A stretch of DNA of 64,000 bases from an uncultured Gaiellales bacterium (GTDB lineage Bacteria > Actinomycetota > Thermoleophilia > Gaiellales > Gaiellaceae). The translations under genes were made by a program, and so were the position numbers. The stretch lies in contig CAZODN010000001.1 in the NCBI GenBank assembly GCA_964578545.1, positions 8,139 through 72,138 on the forward strand, in the 5' to 3' direction. Shown here piece after piece: positions 45,842-55,514 of this stretch (position 1 is the first letter of the stretch; each line of letters begins with the position of its first letter). The notes under the pieces are model-generated. The model did no database searches, had not been told where the DNA came from, and saw only the letters and a program-made list of their open reading frames with translations.

Positions 45842-46663
45842 GTGACCGACGGGCGGAAGATCGCGATCCTCGGCGCCGGGCGCATCGGCGAGTCGCTGAT
45901 CGCCGGCCTGCTCTCGTCCGGCTGGCGGGCGCCCGAGGAGATCGCCGCGACCGCGCGACGGGCAGAACGCGTCGCGGAGCTCCGGGAGCGGTACGGCGTC
46001 GCCGCCACGCTGTCGAACCGGGACGCAGCCTCGGGCGCTTCGCTCGTCGTGATCTCCGTCAAGCCACAGGACCTCGACGGCCTGCTCGGCGAGATCGGCG
46101 GGCTGCTCCTTCCCGAGCAGACCGTCCTCTCCGTGGCGGCGGCGATCCCGACCGCGCAGATCGAGAGCCGCCTCTCTCCGGGGGTACCCGTCGTGCGCGC
46201 CATGCCGAACACCCCGTCGACCGTGCACGAGGGCATCGCCGGCCTCTGCGCCGGAGCGCACGCGGGCGACGCGCACCTCGACCTCGCCGAGGACGCGCTC
46301 GCCCACCTCGGCTCGGTCGTGCGCGTCCCGGAGAAGGCGATGGACGCGATCACGGCGGTCTCCGGCTCCGGGCCTGCGTACTTCGCGCTCCTCGCCGAGG
46401 CGATGATCGAGGCGGGCATCCTGCTCGGGCTCTCGCGCGAGATCTCCACGCAACTCGTCGTGCAGACGATGCTCGGCACCGCGAAGCAGCTCCGCGACGA
46501 GCGCATGCACCCCGTCGAGCTCCGCGAGATGGTCACCTCACCGGGCGGGACGACCATCGCCGCGATCCGGGAGCTCGAGATGGCCGGCGTGCGCGCCGCG
46601 TTCCTGAACGCGATCCAGGCGGCGATGGTGCGCTCCCGCGAGCTCGCGTCGGGCGAGCAGTAG
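45842..46663 (+). CDS. proC: Pyrroline-5-carboxylate reductase
   Basis: KIAILGAGRIGESLIAGLL...VRAMPNTPSTVHEG...SGSGPAYFALLAEAMIEAG...VTSPGGTTIAAIRELE. Confidence 0.9.
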   Translation: MTDGRKIAILGAGRIGESLIAGLLSSGWRAPEEIAATARRAERVAELRERYGVAATLSNRDAASGASLVVISVKPQDLDGLLGEIGGLLLPEQTVLSVAAAIPTAQIESRLSPGVPVVRAMPNTPSTVHEGIAGLCAGAHAGDAHLDLAEDALAHLGSVVRVPEKAMDAITAVSGSGPAYFALLAEAMIEAGILLGLSREISTQLVVQTMLGTAKQLRDERMHPVELREMVTSPGGTTIAAIRELEMAGVRAAFLNAIQAAMVRSRELASGEQ

Positions 46664-46689
46664 CGGCGTTCCCGGGCGAGGCGCCGCAG

Positions 46690-46695
46690 TATCGT
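46690..46695 (+). promoter_or_regulatory. -10-like TATCGT, 7 nt upstream of GTG 46703 (leaderless-type)
   Basis: Read directly. Confidence 0.35.
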
Positions 46696-46702
46696 CTCCC
46701 GT

Positions 46703-47887
46703 GTGAGCGAGCTCCGCGAGGTGGTGTACGTCGACGGCGTGCGGACCGCCTTCGGCCGCGCCACCGCCGACGGCTACTTCGCCAAGACCCGCGCCGACGA
46801 CATGGCCGTCAAGCTCGTCCGCGAGCTCCTCCGCCGCCATCCGCAGCTCCCGCCCGAGCGCGTGGACGACGTCGTGTTCGCGGCGACCTCGCAGGTCGGC
46901 GACCAGGGGCTCACGCTCGGTCGCGACGTCGCGCTGCTCTCCGGGCTCCCCCCGACCGTCCCCGGCTTCGCCGTCGACCGCATGTGCGCCGGCGCCCTCA
47001 CGGCGACGACCGCCGGCGCCGGCGAGATCGCGATGGGCGCCGCCGACGTCGTCCTCGTCGGCGGCGTCGAGCACATGGGCCACCACCCCATGGGCCTGAA
47101 CGTCGACTTCAACCCGCGCTTCTTCGCCGAGCGGATCGTCGACGACTCGGCGGCCGTGATGGGGCAGACGGCGGAGAACCTCCACGACGAGTTCCCGCAC
47201 CTGACGAAGGAGGCGGCAGACCTCTACGCGCTCGAGTCGCAGCGGCGCGCGGGGAAGGCGTGGGACGACGGGGTCATGGACGAGATCGTCGTTCCGATGT
47301 CCGTGTTCACGGACCACGGCTGGAAGGTCACCGGGCGCGACGAGTTCCTGCGGCCGGACACGACCCTGGAGGCGCTCGCGAAGCTGCGCACGCCGTTCCG
47401 CGCAGGCGGCCGCGTGACTGCGGGGAACTCGGCCGGCCTGACCGACGGCGCGACCGCGGCGCTCATCGCCTCGGCCCAGGCGGCCGAGGAGCTCGGGCTC
47501 GAGCCGAAGATGCGCCTCGTGGGCTTCGCGTACGCGGGCGTCGAGCCACACCTCATGGGCCTCGGGCCCGTCCCGGCGACGAAGCGCGCGCTCGAGCGCA
47601 CGGGGCTGACGCTCGACGACATCGACCTCTTCGAGCTCAACGAGCCCTTCGCGGTGCAGGTGCTCACGTGGTGCGACGGGATGGGAATCGCGCCCGACGA
47701 CCCGCGGCTCAACCCGTACGGCGGCGCGATCGCGTGCGGTCACCCGCTGGCCGCGACCGGCGTGCGCCTCATGGCGCAGCTCGCCCGCGGCTTCCGCGAC
47801 CGGCCAGGCGCGCGCTACGGCCTGACGGCGCTCTGCGTCGGCCTGGGCATGGGCGCGGCGATCCTCTGGGAGAACCTCCAGGGTTGA
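46703..47887 (+). CDS. fadA: Acetyl-CoA C-acyltransferase (thiolase)
   Basis: AVDRMCAGALTA (active Cys)...NEPFAVQVL...GGAIACGHPLAATG...ALCVGLGMG. Confidence 0.92.
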   Translation: MSELREVVYVDGVRTAFGRATADGYFAKTRADDMAVKLVRELLRRHPQLPPERVDDVVFAATSQVGDQGLTLGRDVALLSGLPPTVPGFAVDRMCAGALTATTAGAGEIAMGAADVVLVGGVEHMGHHPMGLNVDFNPRFFAERIVDDSAAVMGQTAENLHDEFPHLTKEAADLYALESQRRAGKAWDDGVMDEIVVPMSVFTDHGWKVTGRDEFLRPDTTLEALAKLRTPFRAGGRVTAGNSAGLTDGATAALIASAQAAEELGLEPKMRLVGFAYAGVEPHLMGLGPVPATKRALERTGLTLDDIDLFELNEPFAVQVLTWCDGMGIAPDDPRLNPYGGAIACGHPLAATGVRLMAQLARGFRDRPGARYGLTALCVGLGMGAAILWENLQG

Positions 47888-49875
47888 GCTCGCCGACCCG
47901 CTTCGGCCTCCAGCGCGTCGAGACCTCGGTCGGGCCGGTCGCGCTCCTCACTATGGACAACGGCGAGGACTGGTCGAAGCCGAACACGTTCGGCGAGGCC
48001 GCGCTCCGCTCGCTGCAGGACGCGCTCGACCGGATCGGGGAGAGCGAGTGGGCCGGTCTCGTCCTCACGGGCAAGCCGTACGTGTTCGCGGTCGGCGCCG
48101 ACATCGACGAGTTCGGCGCGATCACGCCGGAGCGGGCGCGTGAAGGGGGCGCCGCCGGCCACGAGCTCTTCGGGCGGATCCGCAGCCTCCCGTTCCCGAC
48201 CCTGGCGGCGATCAACGGCGCGGCCCTGGGCGGCGGAGTCGAGATCGCGCTCCACTGCGACCTGCGGACGATCTCGTCCTCCGTCCGGCACTTCGGCCTG
48301 CCCGAGGTCTTCCTGGGGCTCATCCCGGGCTGGGGCGGCACGCAGCTCGTGCCGAGGCTCGTCGGCGCGGAGCAGGCGGTGAAGCTCGTCGTCGAGAACC
48401 CGCTCCGCCAGAACCGGATGCTGACCGGGCCGCAGGCGTTCGAGACGGGATACGCGGACGCGCTGCTCGACCCGGTCGAGTTCCTCGACGAGTCGATCGC
48501 GCTCCTCGTCGACCGCGTCGCGGCGGGCGGCGACGTCTCGCGATCGGACGCCGACCTCTCCGACGTGGGCGAGGTGTGCCGCAAGGCGCGCGCCCGCCTC
48601 GACGGCCAGGTGCACGGCGCGACCCCAGCGCCCTACCGCGCGCTCGATCTCATCGAGGGCGCCGCGACCTGGTCGCTCGAGGAGGGCTACCGGGCCGAGG
48701 AGGACGCCCTCGCCGAGCTCCTGCCCGGGCCGCAGGCACAGGCGTCCGTCTACGCCTTCAACCTCGTCGAGCGGCGCGCCAAGCGCGGCGTCGGGGTGCC
48801 GGAAGCGGAGCCGCGAGACGTGCGACGCGTCGGAATCGTCGGGGCGGGGCTCATGGCGCGGCAGCTCGCGCTGCTCGCGCTGCGCAGGCTCGAAGTGCCG
48901 ATCGTGCTCCGCGACCTCACCTCCGAGCAGGTGGACGACGCGATCGCGTGGATCCGCGACGAGCTCGGCGACCTCGTTCGGCGAGGGCGTCTCGGCGAGG
49001 GCAAGGCGCGCTTCCTCGGCTCCCTCCTCTCGGGCGGCACGGCGTGGGAGGTCTTCGCCGACTGCGACCTCGTCCTCGAGGCGGTGTTCGAGGAGCTCGC
49101 AGTGAAGAAGGAGGTCTTCGCCGAGCTCGAGCGGGTCGTCTCGCCCGAGTGCGTGCTCGCGACGAACACCGCGTCGCTCCCCGTGACCGCGATGGGCGCC
49201 GACCTCGAGCACCCCGAGCGCGTCGTCGGCATGCACTTCTTCAACCCGGTCGCCGTCCTCCCGCTCGTCGAGCTCGTCCGCACGCCGCGGACGGACGACG
49301 TGACCCTGGCGACGGCGTGGGCCGTCACGCGGAAGCTCCGCAAGACGGGCGTGCTCGTCCGCGACGCCCCGGCGTTCGTCGTCAACCGCCTGCTCGCGCG
49401 CCAGGGCTCGGTCGTGACCGAGGCGCTCGACCACGGGAACACCGTCGAGGAGACGGACGAGGCGGTGCTGCGGATGGGGCTGCCGATGGCGCCGTCGGTC
49501 CTCCTCCAGCTCGTCGGGCCGAAGGTCGCCAACCACGTCCGCCACACGCTCCACGACGCCTGGCCCGACCGCTTCCCGCTCTCCGCGACGCTCGAGAGCC
49601 TCGCGGAGGGGGGTGAGCCGGTAGTCGTCGAGCACGCCCCGAAGACCGTCGAGGAGCTCCACATGCTCGTCCTCGAGGCGCTGGCCGACGAGGCGCGCCA
49701 CATCCTCGAGGAGGGCGTGGTCGCGGAGGCAGCCGACATCGACACGTGCATGCTCCTCGGCGCGGGCTTCCCGTTCTGGCTCGGCGGGATCACGAAGCAC
49801 CTCGACCAGACCGGCGTCTCCCAGCGCGTCGTCGGGCGCCCGCTGGCGGAGATCCGAAGCCTGCCGGCCGCCTGA
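47884..49875 (+). CDS. fadB: Bifunctional enoyl-CoA hydratase / 3-hydroxyacyl-CoA dehydrogenase
   Basis: From TTG 47884 (TTGA overlap). The crotonase part is FAVGADIDEF...AAINGAALGGGVEIALHCD. The NAD part is VGIVGAGLMARQLA...MHFFNPVAVLPLVE. Confidence 0.9.
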   Translation: MSSPTRFGLQRVETSVGPVALLTMDNGEDWSKPNTFGEAALRSLQDALDRIGESEWAGLVLTGKPYVFAVGADIDEFGAITPERAREGGAAGHELFGRIRSLPFPTLAAINGAALGGGVEIALHCDLRTISSSVRHFGLPEVFLGLIPGWGGTQLVPRLVGAEQAVKLVVENPLRQNRMLTGPQAFETGYADALLDPVEFLDESIALLVDRVAAGGDVSRSDADLSDVGEVCRKARARLDGQVHGATPAPYRALDLIEGAATWSLEEGYRAEEDALAELLPGPQAQASVYAFNLVERRAKRGVGVPEAEPRDVRRVGIVGAGLMARQLALLALRRLEVPIVLRDLTSEQVDDAIAWIRDELGDLVRRGRLGEGKARFLGSLLSGGTAWEVFADCDLVLEAVFEELAVKKEVFAELERVVSPECVLATNTASLPVTAMGADLEHPERVVGMHFFNPVAVLPLVELVRTPRTDDVTLATAWAVTRKLRKTGVLVRDAPAFVVNRLLARQGSVVTEALDHGNTVEETDEAVLRMGLPMAPSVLLQLVGPKVANHVRHTLHDAWPDRFPLSATLESLAEGGEPVVVEHAPKTVEELHMLVLEALADEARHILEEGVVAEAADIDTCMLLGAGFPFWLGGITKHLDQTGVSQRVVGRPLAEIRSLPAA

Positions 49876-49959
49876 GGTCTGCTCTGGGCGTAACGCTCGC
49901 CGTTTGGAGGCGGGCGTCGACTCTCAGGAAGGAGCGGCACGGATCTCCGTGCTGCGCGA

Positions 49960-52467
49960 ATGCACGAGGCTACGACCATCCCGGCGCTCACGTCGGACAC
50001 ATCCCAAGCCCTGATCGAGGCCGCGAGTCGCACCGAGCGCTGGTGCGGCGAGCCGTTCCTGCAGGCCGACGAGGATGCGACGGTCGCGCTCGCCCCGGGA
50101 ACCGCGCGCCGCGCGGCCCTCGACGACGCGCTCGCCGAGATGGACGCGGGCCTCGCCGCGCCCTCGTACGACTGGAGGGTGCGGTACGGGCTCATGCTGG
50201 GCCTCGAGCGGGTGCTTCGCGAGAGCCCGCCCCGCACGGCAGCCGGGACCGAGCTCCGCCGCCACCAGGTGGACGCGCTCGCGGGGATGCTCACCGAGCT
50301 CATCGCGGCCACGCAGCGCTCCGCCGACGAGAACGGGAACGGCGGCGGCAACGGCCCCGTCGCGGAGGTCGAGCTCGAGGACGAGGAGGCGGAGGACGAC
50401 TTCGACGCCGGCTTCGTCGAGGACAAGGCGCTCGAGGAGCCCGACGAGGAGACCGATCCCGGCGCGGTTCGCCGCTACCGCTTCCGTCACCCGACCGCGT
50501 CGGGGAAGACGATCGCCGCGGCCGGCTTCGTCGAGGCGGCACGGCAGCTCGGCGTGCTCATCCTCACCCACCGCCGGCTCCTCGTCTCGCAATTCAAGCG
50601 AGACCTGACCACGGAGGGCTACGGCGACCGCTTCACCGACGCCGTGCTGGCGGGAACGCGTTCACGAGCCCGCAATCCGATCACCATCCAGACGTACGCG
50701 TGGTTCGCCCGCCACGGGCGCGAGCTCGACCGCGAGACGTACCACCTCGTCCTCTGTGACGAGGCCCACACGGCGCTCGGGGAGAAGACGAGCGCGGCGA
50801 TCCGCGCGTTCCACGAGCCGATCTTCATCGGCATGACCGCGACCGAGCAGCTGCTCGCGAAGCAGGTCTCGGATGTCTTCCCGGCATCGGTCGACGACCT
50901 CCCTCTCGCCGACGCGGCACGCCGGGGGCTGATCGCCCCGCTCCGCTGCCTGCGCGTCCCGCCTGCAGCCGCGATCAACTCCGTCCCGATCGTCGGCGGC
51001 GACTTCGACGAAGGCGCCCTGGCGGCCGCCCTCGACCACCAGGCCCTGAACCAGGCTGCCGCGAGCCTCTACCGCGAGCGCTTCGGCTCGACGCCGGGCA
51101 TCGTCTACGCCGCCGGCGTCGCCCACGCGTACAACCTCGCGCAGGAGTTCCGCGCCGCCGGCCTCAAGGCGGAGGCCGTCTCCGGGCGCACGCCGCCCGC
51201 CCAGCTCGCCGAGACCCTCGCGGCCTACGAGCGGGGGGAGATCAACGTCCTCATCAACGCGCAGCTCCTCGCCGAGGGCTGGAACTCCCCGCGGGCGACC
51301 GTGTGCATGCACCTCGCGCCGACCGCCTCGCGCCGCGTGTACCAACAGCGGATCGGCCGCATCATGCGGATCCACCCGCGCAAGGAGGCCGGGATCGTCG
51401 TCGACTTCGTACCCAAGGCCGCCACGCACAACGACCGCGTCGTCTCCCTGCACGCCCTGCTCGACGCCGACTTCTACCGCGAGGGCGCGCGCGTCACGCC
51501 GGCACCGCGCCGCCGACAGCAGCGCCGCACGCGGCGCAAGCTCTCGCCCGCCCCCTGGCTCGTCCCGGTCACCCCCGACGTCGCGCGGAGGCTGCACGTC
51601 ATCCAGCGCGAGTGGCAGCGGATCGACCCCAAGTACCTCGACGAGGACGAGCAGCGCTTCTGGGCCACCATCGCGGGCCGGCAGATCCGCTACGACCAGC
51701 GCGCCGAGTTCGCGCGCAAGTTCGCCGAGGGCCGTGCGAGCAAGGCGGCGCTCGAGCAGTTCCTCTCCACGTGCGCGGCCGAGAACCCGAACCGGCGGCT
51801 CCGGATGACCGCGCTCCTCGACCGGGTCGCGACGCCCGTGGACCGCGCTGACTTCGACGACCTCGTCACGCTCGTCACCCAGGCGCCGCCCTGGGAGAAG
51901 GACCGCGCGGCCGGCGTGCGCGTCCTCCTGCGCGCGATCGGCGAGGGGAAGCCCGTCGCGCCGGAGCAGATCCTCGCCCGCTGGACCTGGCGCCTTGCGC
52001 GCACGACCCGGAAGCTGCAGGACCGCCGCGTCTCCACGGAGTTCCCCGAGGCGAAGCGCCTGCTCGGCGCCGCCGCCAACTCGCGGGGGTACCGCCACGA
52101 GGAGAACGTGAAGCGCCTCGTGGAGGTCGCCCGCACGATGCCGCTACCCGTTGGTGCAGCGCTCCTCGCGTCGGCCGAGGGGTACACGCCCCGCGCGAAC
52201 GCGGTCCTCGACCGCGCGCGCGAGGAGCTCGGCACGATCGCGGAGATCGCCAACGCGCTCGCCGACAACCTCCCCGCGCCGAAGCTCACCGCGCGCAAGC
52301 CGCGGCGTCGGCGGCGCAGGAAGAAGGGCGGCTCGCAGCCCGAGACCGCCGCGACCGACGGCGCCACGAGCGAGACCGGGGCGGTCGAGCCGTCTGGGGA
52401 CGGTCGGCCGGAGCCCTCGCCGGCAGCCGACCTCGCAGCCCACGAGCCCGCCGGCGGGCTCGCCTGA
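49960..52467 (+). CDS. Superfamily 2 DEAD/DEAH-box helicase (ResIII-like core) with a long C-terminal extension
   Basis: Motif I is HPTASGKT, motif II is LCDEAHT, motif III is GMTATE and motif VI is QRIGRIMR. An acidic low-complexity insert precedes motif I. The start is uncertain. Confidence 0.85.
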   Translation: MHEATTIPALTSDTSQALIEAASRTERWCGEPFLQADEDATVALAPGTARRAALDDALAEMDAGLAAPSYDWRVRYGLMLGLERVLRESPPRTAAGTELRRHQVDALAGMLTELIAATQRSADENGNGGGNGPVAEVELEDEEAEDDFDAGFVEDKALEEPDEETDPGAVRRYRFRHPTASGKTIAAAGFVEAARQLGVLILTHRRLLVSQFKRDLTTEGYGDRFTDAVLAGTRSRARNPITIQTYAWFARHGRELDRETYHLVLCDEAHTALGEKTSAAIRAFHEPIFIGMTATEQLLAKQVSDVFPASVDDLPLADAARRGLIAPLRCLRVPPAAAINSVPIVGGDFDEGALAAALDHQALNQAAASLYRERFGSTPGIVYAAGVAHAYNLAQEFRAAGLKAEAVSGRTPPAQLAETLAAYERGEINVLINAQLLAEGWNSPRATVCMHLAPTASRRVYQQRIGRIMRIHPRKEAGIVVDFVPKAATHNDRVVSLHALLDADFYREGARVTPAPRRRQQRRTRRKLSPAPWLVPVTPDVARRLHVIQREWQRIDPKYLDEDEQRFWATIAGRQIRYDQRAEFARKFAEGRASKAALEQFLSTCAAENPNRRLRMTALLDRVATPVDRADFDDLVTLVTQAPPWEKDRAAGVRVLLRAIGEGKPVAPEQILARWTWRLARTTRKLQDRRVSTEFPEAKRLLGAAANSRGYRHEENVKRLVEVARTMPLPVGAALLASAEGYTPRANAVLDRAREELGTIAEIANALADNLPAPKLTARKPRRRRRRKKGGSQPETAATDGATSETGAVEPSGDGRPEPSPAADLAAHEPAGGLA

Positions 52468-52471
52468 CCCC

Positions 52472-53374
52472 CTACCCGGCGCCGCCCGAGCCGGGCTGCG
52501 TCCCCTCGCCGGTCTCCCGCTCGCGGAGGAAGCGCGTGATCTCGTCGGCGAGCTCCTCCCCCGAGGCGAGGTCGCCCTCGCGCTCGAGCAGGTCGAGCGA
52601 GTCCGCCCGCTGCTCGAGCTCCTCGACGTAGGCGCTCATCTCGGCGTCGCCGAGGACGGCCTCGGAGACGTGCTCGACGTACTCCCTCTCCGCCTCCTCG
52701 AGCTCGCCGACGTCGATCTCGACGCCGAGGACTCCCGCGAGGCGCTCGCACAGCGCGCGCGCGGCGCGCGGGCTCGGGGCGAGCTGCACGTAGTGGGGGA
52801 CGGCCGCCCACAGGCTGACGGACGGGATCCCGGCGCGCTTGCAGGCGTCGAGGAGGACGCCGACGATCCCCGTCGGCCCCTCGTAGCGGGAGAGCTGGAG
52901 GCCGAGCTCCTCGACGAGCTGGGGGTCGGTCGCCGCGCCCGTCACGGGGGCCGGCCGCGTGTGCGGGACGTCGGCGAGGAGCGCGCCGAGCGTGACCACG
53001 AGCTCGACGCCGAGGTCGCGCGCGAGGTCGGCGATGAGCTCCGAGAACGTGCGCCAGCGGTAGTTGGGCTCGACGCCGACGAGGATGACCGCGTCCCGGC
53101 CGGCGCCCAGGATCGTGCCGCGGTAGAACGCGTTCTCCGGCCACTCGATCGTCCGCGTCCTCCCCTCCTCGAGCGACACCGTCGGCCGCGTCGCCTGGAA
53201 GTCGACGAAGAGCTCCGGGTCGATGTCCGCGAACTTCCGGGCATCCCAGAGCCTCGCGAGGTACCCGGCCGCGAGCGTCGCCGCCTGACCGCCGTCGTTC
53301 CAGCCCCGGAAGGCGGCGACGAGGACGGGGCGCTCGAGCGTCGGCCGCTCGTAGATCCTGAGCTCGCGCTCCAC
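52472..53374 (-). CDS. PAC2 (proteasome assembly chaperone 2) family protein
   Basis: PVLVAAFRGWNDGGQAATLAAGYL...GIPSVSLWAAVPHYV, with an acidic C-terminal tail. Confidence 0.8.
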   Translation of the reverse strand: MERELRIYERPTLERPVLVAAFRGWNDGGQAATLAAGYLARLWDARKFADIDPELFVDFQATRPTVSLEEGRTRTIEWPENAFYRGTILGAGRDAVILVGVEPNYRWRTFSELIADLARDLGVELVVTLGALLADVPHTRPAPVTGAATDPQLVEELGLQLSRYEGPTGIVGVLLDACKRAGIPSVSLWAAVPHYVQLAPSPRAARALCERLAGVLGVEIDVGELEEAEREYVEHVSEAVLGDAEMSAYVEELEQRADSLDLLEREGDLASGEELADEITRFLRERETGEGTQPGSGGAG

Positions 53375-53383
53375 CGGGTGAGC

Positions 53384-54304
53384 TTACTGGCCCCGGCTCA
53401 GCGGCCTCGGCGGACGCCAGAGCACGTACGCGAGCGCGAGCCCCAGCGCCCAGATCGTGGCGGCGAGGAACACGTGCACGAGCACGAGGCCCCAGGGCAG
53501 GGCGTTTCGGTACTGCACCTCCCCCAGCACCGCCTGGAGGACGAGGACGCCGACGAGCGCGAGCCAGAGACCGACGATGCCCGGGTACGTCGGCCGGAGC
53601 CGCCACAGGAACCAGCCCACGACGAGCACGCCGATCCCGACCGCGGCGGCGGCACGGACGTGGACGTACACCGTCTCGGTGATCGCCACGCCCAGGCGCT
53701 TCACGTCCTCGCTCGCGCCCGGGTGCGGACCGGAGGCGGTCGCGACGGCGCCGGTCACGACGAGCGCGGCGAGCGCGGGCAGCCCGAGGAAGGTCACGAC
53801 CTGCCGGAGCCGGCGCGGCCCCGCGGGCGGAGCGAGGCCTCGCAGCAGGATCCAGCCCTCGAGCACCGCGACGAGGGCGAAGCCGAGCACGGCGATCCCG
53901 AGGAGGAAGTGCGCCATCACCGCGAGCGGGTGGAGCTCGAGCGCGATCGTGATCCCTCCCATCGGGATCTGCGCGACCGCGACGAGAAACGCGCCGAGCG
54001 CCGCGAGGCGGCCCCCGCGCGAGAGGCCGACCACCCTGCGTGCCGCGAGCAGGGTGACGAGCGAGAGCACGATGCCGACGAGCGCCACCATCCGGTTCCC
54101 GAACTCGACGAAGGCGTGGAACCCCTGCTCCGGGTAGGGCTTGTCGCCGCACCGGGGCCAGTTCTCGCACCCCAGGCCCGAGCCGGTCAGGCGGACGAAC
54201 GCCCCCGAGGTGACGACGAGGAAGAGCGCGACGAGGGACGCGACGGCGATCCGGAGAAAGCTCCTAGCCGAGAGCGTGCGCGCGCGAACGGCCGCGACGC
54301 TCAC
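53384..54304 (-). CDS. ctaA: COX15/CtaA family heme A synthase
   Basis: LTGSGLGCENWPRCG... Eight TM segments with conserved His residues (FVEFGNRMVA, AVMAHFLLG). Confidence 0.85.
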   Translation of the reverse strand: MSVAAVRARTLSARSFLRIAVASLVALFLVVTSGAFVRLTGSGLGCENWPRCGDKPYPEQGFHAFVEFGNRMVALVGIVLSLVTLLAARRVVGLSRGGRLAALGAFLVAVAQIPMGGITIALELHPLAVMAHFLLGIAVLGFALVAVLEGWILLRGLAPPAGPRRLRQVVTFLGLPALAALVVTGAVATASGPHPGASEDVKRLGVAITETVYVHVRAAAAVGIGVLVVGWFLWRLRPTYPGIVGLWLALVGVLVLQAVLGEVQYRNALPWGLVLVHVFLAATIWALGLALAYVLWRPPRPLSRGQ

Positions 54305-55326
54305 GCGAGCAGGGCGACCCCGGCGCCCTCCTCCACGCGGCCGATCCGCGCGGCGAGCAGCCCGGCCTGCGCGATCGTCGCCTCGAGCACGGCGGCACGC
54401 TCAGCCGGCACCGAGACGAGGAGGCCGCCCGCCGTCTGAGGATCCCAGGCGAGCGCCTCCAGCGCGGGGCCGGCCGCGCTCTCGACGTGGGCCTGCGCGA
54501 AGTCGCGGTTCCTCCGGTCGCCGCCGGTGCGAACGCCGGACTCGGCGAGCTCGCGCGCGCCCGGGAGCGCGGGGAGCGCCCCGGACTCGAGGACGACGCG
54601 CACGCCGCTCCGCGACGCGAGCTCGTGCGCATGGCCGAGGAGGCCGAAGCCGGTGACGTCGGTGACCGCGCTCGGCGCGAACGGCCGGACGAGGTCGGCA
54701 GCGGCCCGGTTGAGCGCGGTCATGGCCTCGACCGCCGCCTCGAGCGCGCCGGGCGGCGCGACGCCGTCACGCACCGCCTGGAGCACGATCCCCGTCCCGA
54801 GCGGCTTCGTCAGGAGGAGGACGTCGCCCGGCCGAGCGCCCGCTTTCGGCCAGATCCCCTCCGGGTGGACGGTCCCGACGACGGCGAGGCCGTACTTCGG
54901 CTCGACGTCGCGAATCGTGTGCCCGCCCGCGAGGATCGCCCCCGCCTCGCGAACCTTCTCCTCGGCGCCGGCGAGCACGTCGCCGAGCACGCTCGTCGGC
55001 AGCTCCTCGGGGAAGGCGGCGACGGAGAGCGCGAGCAGCGGCGCGCCGCCCATCGCGAACACGTCGTTCAGGGCGTTCGCGGCCGCGATCGCGCCGAACG
55101 TGCGCGGATCGTCGACGAGCGGCGGGAAGAAGTCCACGGTGAAGACGATCGCGCGCTCGTCGTCGAGCCGGTACACCGCGGCGTCGTCCGCCGGGTCGAG
55201 CCCGACGAGGAGGTCCTCCGCGTGGACGGGCGCGATGCCCGCGAGGAGCGTCTCGAGCCGACCCGCCGCGTACTTCGCGGCGCACCCGCCGGCGCGTGCG
55301 AGCGAGGTCAGCGGAACGGTGTCCAC
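54301..55326 (-). CDS. selD: Selenide, water dikinase (Cys-type)
   Basis: VPLTSLARAGGCAAKYAAGRL (Cys/Lys N-terminal loop)...DDAAVY...TVDFFPP...DPRTFGAIAAANALNDVFAMGG. It has a 4-nt overlap with the ctaA start. Confidence 0.9.
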   Translation of the reverse strand: MDTVPLTSLARAGGCAAKYAAGRLETLLAGIAPVHAEDLLVGLDPADDAAVYRLDDERAIVFTVDFFPPLVDDPRTFGAIAAANALNDVFAMGGAPLLALSVAAFPEELPTSVLGDVLAGAEEKVREAGAILAGGHTIRDVEPKYGLAVVGTVHPEGIWPKAGARPGDVLLLTKPLGTGIVLQAVRDGVAPPGALEAAVEAMTALNRAAADLVRPFAPSAVTDVTGFGLLGHAHELASRSGVRVVLESGALPALPGARELAESGVRTGGDRRNRDFAQAHVESAAGPALEALAWDPQTAGGLLVSVPAERAAVLEATIAQAGLLAARIGRVEEGAGVALLA

Positions 55327-55413
55327 GCCGCAACTCTAGGCGGAAGGAGAACACGCCTCCGAGACGAACCCGACGTGCGGAGAGATCCGTCCCCTTCTCC
55401 TCTCCCCTGACGA

Positions 55414-55443
55414 CAGCGGCCGCCGCCCCCTCGGCGGCCGCTG
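55414..55443. repeat. GC hairpin CAGCGGCCGCCG-ccccct-CGGCGGCCGCTG in the selD/SDR divergent intergenic region
   Basis: 12-bp perfect arms at 55414..55425 and 55432..55443. Confidence 0.8.
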
Positions 55444-55451
55444 ATCCTTCG

Positions 55452-55501
55452 GGGTCAGGTCTTGATCCGTGCATGACCGTGCACGGATCAAGACCTGACC
55501 C
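55452..55501. repeat. 50-bp perfect palindrome (22-bp arms GGGTCAGGTCTTGATCCGTGCA / TGCACGGATCAAGACCTGACCC, 6-nt centre) abutting the SDR -10 box
   Basis: The arms at 55452..55473 and 55480..55501 are exact reverse complements. TAGACT (55502..55507) follows immediately. The function is unknown. Confidence 0.9.
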
Positions 55502-55507
55502 TAGACT
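55502..55507 (+). promoter_or_regulatory. -10-like TAGACT, 7 nt upstream of GTG 55515 (leaderless-type)
   Basis: Read directly. Confidence 0.35.
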
Positions 55508-55514
55508 CGCAGCC

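Noticed and set aside
49960-52467. Helicase as part of a restriction-modification or other defence system (ResIII-like motifs)
   Set aside because: No methyltransferase, nuclease, specificity subunit or other defence-associated gene is adjacent. The neighbours are fadAB and PAC2/ctaA housekeeping genes.
55327-55451. Possible tRNA-Sec (selC) or another tRNA next to selD, suggested by a GGAAGGAG... 5' end and a GGGTTCG-like segment on the minus strand
   Set aside because: I could not build a cloverleaf. There is no 7-8 bp acceptor pairing with a proper 3' end, no T-loop consensus with a matching stem, no UCA anticodon loop, and the segment is too short for tRNA-Sec. tRNAscan-SE or ARAGORN would settle it.
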